The notes under the pieces were generated by a model. The model searched no databases. It saw only the letters and a list, made by a program, of their open reading frames with translations, and was not told the DNA's origin. Below, one piece after another: positions 58,920 through 64,000 of a DNA stretch of 64,000 bases. The position numbers and the translations under genes were made by a program. The first letter of the stretch is position 1, and each line of letters starts with the position of its first letter. Origin of the DNA: Sphaerodactylus townsendi (Eukaryota); the NCBI RefSeq assembly GCF_021028975.2, contig NC_059437.1:57040001-57104000 (forward strand). Reading direction: 5' to 3'.

Positions 58920-61121
58920 GTCTAGGGGTTGACTAAAGCAGAGGAACGCTCACTCATGGAAGGAGAGGGATGTGCCAAGCGCTGGGCAGGGCACGTGTGA
59001 ATCGGCCTCTCTCTCTCTCTCTCTAGAAAACGGGCCGTGGGCCTCAGGGACTCAAGGGGCCCCTTTGGTGCTCGAGCTTCTTTGCAGAACCGATTTGATG
59101 GATGGGTTTCAGGGCAACCATTTTAAGCCAATTCAAATTTGTTGTGATGGCATGGCAGGAAGAAGCTCTGTGGGTTGCCATAGCAACCACCCTGATTTTG
59201 GCAGGCCGTCCGTCACTTAACCCTCAAGCCCTGCTGGCACCCTCTGTGGCCAGGCAGCCTCCCTTAATGGAAACGGGGTCAGGTCCAGCCTGCAGTGGGC
59301 TGCGAATGTCTTTTAATTGTCTGCTCTGCTGGCAGCAGCAAGCCCGAGACATTTTTATTCATCCGTAATGGACAGGTCTGCCTTGAACACGCCGAGGCCT
59401 ATTCTTACAGACTGTCGGCAGTTGGGCACGGGCCGCGTGGAAGACAGTCTGGGCTTGCTGATAGGGCAGGTGGGCACTGCTCCACTGATGGACTGAACTG
59501 GGCACAGATTAGGCATAACGCTGGCACAGAGAATTAGACCACTGTTTGGCATGTTTTTTTTACCTCCCACACATTTTTAAAATTAGATTTGTGAACCTTA
59601 TTATCTGTCGCATGGTGTGTTTATTGTGCAATTGCCCATGAACCCAATATAAATCACTGGGATTTTAAAAAGGCAAGTTGTATACAGTGGCAACAATTCA
59701 TGACACCGCCCCCCCCCCCTCCCCGTCTTGGGAACTGCAGTTTGCCTTTCTGTGGGGGATCCCAGGCACCTGGGCACAGACTGCAGTTCTCACCATGGTT
59801 GCTCTGGGAAGTACTGACTTTCTCTGCCGACGCCTTGGAGGCTGGCAAGCGGTAGAAGATGCAGCAACTCTTATTTGGACTGAACCTGGGGCTTCGAAAG
59901 TAGTAGAAATGAAAACGCCCCCACGATCACGCTGGTCTCTCCCCTAAGAGCCTCAGCGGGATTCAAGGAAGATGATGAGGGAGAGCCAGAGGTCAGAGAG
60001 GCCACGATTTCCAGCTCCCCCCCCCAAAAAAAACGTTTCAGAAATAAGCAGAAGGGCCCTTTCATAGGCTCTGTGCTGCTGTGACGTTCTTCTAAAACAG
60101 GGGAGGTGTTTTATTTCTGTTCGAGGAGGCTGTAGGCCGTGGCTCACTGACAAGAGCTGCGCTCCAGGGCCTGCCGGAGAGAACCGCCTGTTCCCTTCCC
60201 GTTCTGAGTCCTGCTTCTTTGACAGCCGCTCAGGAAGCGGTCCTTGCTCCAGCCAGAAGCATTCCCTTCCTGGTCCAGTGGTGAGCACTCATCCTCCAGT
60301 GATGAGAGCACCATCTCGTTTCCAAGGAAACCTCAGCCTCCTGAGCCCAGCACCATCATTTCAGCAATGGTTAGGAGTATGTTGGGTGTGGAAGACGGAA
60401 GCTGAAACTCTGCAGACGCAACACTGTTGTGGGTGGGAAAGTGTGCAGCTCCCAAGCGACCACCCCTTTGCTCGTGGCCAGGCGGGGGCTCTGGGGGCTC
60501 CCATCCAGTGGTCTCTCTTCTGCTGCACATTCATTGGGCAGCCTCCAAAAGTATGATTCCCTCCCCTGCCCCAGCTCAGGAGTACGTCAAGGAGGCCAAG
60601 GAGTGTGCGCCGGCAGGCACCTTCTCTGGACACAGCTGGCTGGCCATGGGCCACTCCCAAGATACATTCGGCCAGGATACGGCCATGGGTCTTTGTGCAG
60701 AAGCCAAATATGCTGTGGCCACAAGACTCTCACTTCCCTTCTGGTTTTTCTTTTTCTTGGCATGATTCTAGTATTTTTCCTGAAATCCCTTTCGAAATGT
60801 GTTCAGCTCGTGTGAGCAGTTGGTCGGGAGGGAAAAACCTCCGCGCTCCCTGGCAAGGCTCACCGTGGATCGTGTGGGTCTCTTCTGTTGAGCTCACGGC
60901 TCATAACTTCCTGCCTGGCATTTCCAGAGAGGAGGGAGGCCACCAAGTCAGTGGGAATAAAAGCTGACTGCGTGGACGGGAGGCCCGAGTGATTCTCTGT
61001 GGGCCTGCAGGTTCTTGGCCTCTGCTTGGAAGGAAGAAGGCAGGCCACCTTGTAGGGAAGGAGGCCCCTTGGAGCACAGGAGCTGCCCAGCGGAAATCCA
61101 CCTCCTGTGCTTCACTGTGGT

Positions 61122-61422
61122 AGGAGCAGCAGTGGCATAATGGCTAAGAGCAGGTGCACTAATCTGAAGAACCGGGTTTGATTCCCTGCCCTGCCACTTG
61201 AGCTGTGGAGGCTTATCTGGGGAACCAGATTAGCTCGTGCACTCCAGCACATGCCAGCTGGGTGACCTTGGGCTAGTCACAGTTCTTCAGAGCTCTCTCA
61301 GCCCCACTCACCTCATAGGGTTTTTGTTGTTGCGGAGTGGGGGGGGGAGGAGGGAGATTGTCAGCCCCTTTGATTCTCCTTACAGGAGAGAAAGGGGGGA
61401 TATAAATTCAGACTCTTCTTCT
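61122..61422 (+). mobile_element. Full-length Squam3-like SINE
   Basis: Homologous to 15438-15746. Confidence 0.85.
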
Positions 61423-63050
61423 TTGCAGTTCAGGGGACATCAAAAGGGCCTTCCAAAATTGAGCAGGGGTGGTGGTTGTTGGGTCGTCAGGCTGCCTAAC
61501 ACTATGTCAGTTGCATTGGCCTCCTGGATGGCAAATTTGCAAACAGGTCGATGGCTGCCCCTGTGAAAGCAGGCCTTGAGCAGTCTGGGACTGTGGTATC
61601 TTTGGGACTGCATCTCCCCAGACTGCCCAGAGAGGCTCCTGTGAGCCCCCGATAGTCATTTACTGGTGGTCCCCAGCCCCAAGGACATTTGACTGTCTTC
61701 CAGGCTCCTAGTGGGTGGAACTCACTCCCAGCGGACATCAGGGCCCTGCAAGATATAAATAACTTCCACAGGGCTTGTAAGACGGAATTATTGTGAGTTC
61801 GGCTCACAACTAAAAATGTCTGGTCTGGTCTGAAATAATATCACCTTACCCCCTGAGTCTTCTCTCACCCATATAATTTATACAACCAGGGTGAAAGCTG
61901 GGATTGTTGTGGGTAAAATGTTATTACCGGTAAATCACCATCTACATAATTACTATACCTGGAATGTTTTGATTTATTATTATTTTAAAGTTGAAGATTG
62001 TGTTTTAAGGGTGTGTGTTAGCCATCCTGAGCGCGACCATAGTATCAAGGTAAATAAATAGAGTGGAATGGGGGGGGGGAGCCACACCTGGTCCGTGACT
62101 CACTTTTGAGGGCTCTGTGGGAGAGAGGAGGGGCTGGCCCCACGTGGAGGTGGCTGGGCCAAAGGAGTTGCCGGCCCCTACTTGAAATGCTCCAGCTGTC
62201 CATTCAGGGGGCTCACCTGTCACAGGAAACAGCCTAAGCCCTGCAACTTCCTGCAGCTCCAAGAAGGTGTGTGAGGCGAGGCAGCACAGCTGGCGGAAGT
62301 GCCACACCTGGGCGAGCAGGTGCTGGGAATGTTGACTTTGTGGAGGTGGGCCGCCCTCAACTGTGTGTGGGAAGTTGCTGAAAATAGGGCCTCAGCTTCA
62401 CCAAGTTTGACGTCAGCGGCCTTGACATTTAAAAAACCCAAAGGCTGAGTCCATGGCTTGCATTGAAGCAACAAGGAAAGTCAGGTGAAAGTATAGTCCG
62501 CTGCCTCCTGAGAAAGCCAGTGGAGGGCGGGGGCGTCTGTGCTGGCTCAGCTGTTATCAGGCTTTTGGGGGGGGGGGGTCACCCAGAGCAAACAGAGGCT
62601 GGAGGCCGGCAACCCTGCTGGCTGCCTTCCTTTTCTAATCAGCCACTGGGTGTTGTGTGTGCTTTTATCTGCAGCGGAGCTGCTCAGCTTCTCCCCACAG
62701 GATATTGGAATTGCCTGCTGGTGACAGCAGACAGATCATGTTGCGTTAAGAGGACGATAAATCTGCAGGCTGGAAGATCTGATCCTGACTTACACACACG
62801 CCTGCGTCAAAGGCAGGGAACAGGTTTTGCAGGGCTGCCGGGGCTGCTGGCTCGGTCAGAGTTTGTCTGGGAAAGGGCAGCTGCCAGCTTTGAGAAAGCC
62901 CCGCCTTGACCAGTGAGCCTTGAAAACCAGTCAGGTTGAGTGGGACGGGGCAGCTGGGTCTGCAGAGCCTTTGCTGTTGTCTCAAGGATGGGCACTGGTA
63001 TCAAATCTTAAAGCAGAGCGGCTCTTATTTTTAGAAGTTTTCCCTTTCTA

Positions 63051-63162
63051 GGGTGTTGTGGGTTTTCCGGAAACATCAGGAGAAAATGCTATTGCAGCAT
63101 GGCCATACAACCTGGAAAAAACACAACACCCAATTATTCTGGTCATGAAAGCCTTCCACAAT
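63051..63162. mobile_element. Short inverted Penelope-like remnant
   Basis: gggtgttgtgggttttcc / gaaacatcaggagaaaatgct...gaaagccttc. Confidence 0.6.
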
Positions 63163-64000
63163 ACTTTTTCCTTCCTACCCCATTTTTAAGCCCCCCACCC
63201 CCGCCATGGGAGCAGAGTACCCACGAGGCAGAAAAAAACCACCCAAGTGAGGGCACAGTGCGGGAAGAGCCAGGGATGCAGAGCAAACATCTTTTTTAAA
63301 AAAATCGGATGCTTTATTTTTCCACGGAAAATTTTCCGCCTCCTATAAGTAAAAATAGTCCGTGTATTTATAGTCACCGTTATTGTGCTGCAAATCAATC
63401 ATGCAAGATGCGCTCGATGTGCAGCATGAAGCATAAACTCCTCTGCTTGTATTTTCCTTCTTTTGTTAACTTTATTTACATATTTGTATTGGAAACTTTT
63501 TCAGACAATTTTCCAATTTCACATCTTTCTGAAAGACTCACATCACGGGTAAGAGCCAGGAAACCCATCTCGTAAATAATGAAACACGCCACCCTGGGCC
63601 CTCTGCTGCCTTGTGTAGAGCTGTGTCTCTCCTCAAAGTCTGCAGATGTTGGCACATTCATGACTTATTGCAGGGAAGTATTTAGACTTTCTTTCAGCTC
63701 AGAGCCCTGCCCACAAGAGGTGTGTGTGGGGGGGTGGGGGTGGGGGTGGGGGTCCTAAGTAGGGCTCCTCCTTGTGTGGGACACAGGCCACAGCTATCCT
63801 CGACTCAAGGTGGAAAAGTTTGTCACACTCTGGATAGTCAGAAATTCCTCCTTACCTAAGGGAAGGGAGGCGGCTTGCAAAAGGAGTGTGTGTTACTCTG
63901 GCCTTCAGGCATGCTCCATGCGTAGTTCCTCTACATGTCGCATAGGCTTGAGAGGGTGAATGTGAGCTCCCAAAGGCACCTGGAGGGCCACTGTGAGTAG

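Noticed and set aside
56550-64000. Further SGSM1 exons (expected VKQIMEEAVTRKFVHED...)
   Set aside because: Not found by eye or in the ORF track; region treated as intron

Overview
Eukaryotic genomic DNA from a squamate, probably a gecko (inferred from the SINE, Penelope, CR1 and hAT repeats); GC-rich, with spliced genes. Gene order: (+) last five coding exons and 3' UTR of ANKRD13A; (+) an immunoglobulin-superfamily receptor I do not recognise (two phase-1 V-like exons lacking the canonical B-F disulfide, an Arg-containing LILRA/GPVI/NKp46-type transmembrane exon and a short tyrosine-free tail); (-) the two-exon microprotein gene C12orf76; (-) a 13-coding-exon serotonin-transporter paralogue (slc6a4b-like) with four exons garbled by insertions, probably long-read assembly noise; (+) the first coding exon and CpG island of SGSM1. 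Introns and intergenic DNA carry tRNA-derived SINEs, CR1/L2/RTE fragments, hAT MITEs with 8-bp TSDs, solo LTRs with 5-bp TSDs, and Penelope-like termini, one with an apparently intact minimal hammerhead ribozyme. Best novelty candidate: the orphan Ig-type putative activating receptor at about 16.9-20.9 kb. Almost all ORFs in the supplied track are spurious; genes were reconstructed by eye from splice sites and remembered homology, with no database searches.
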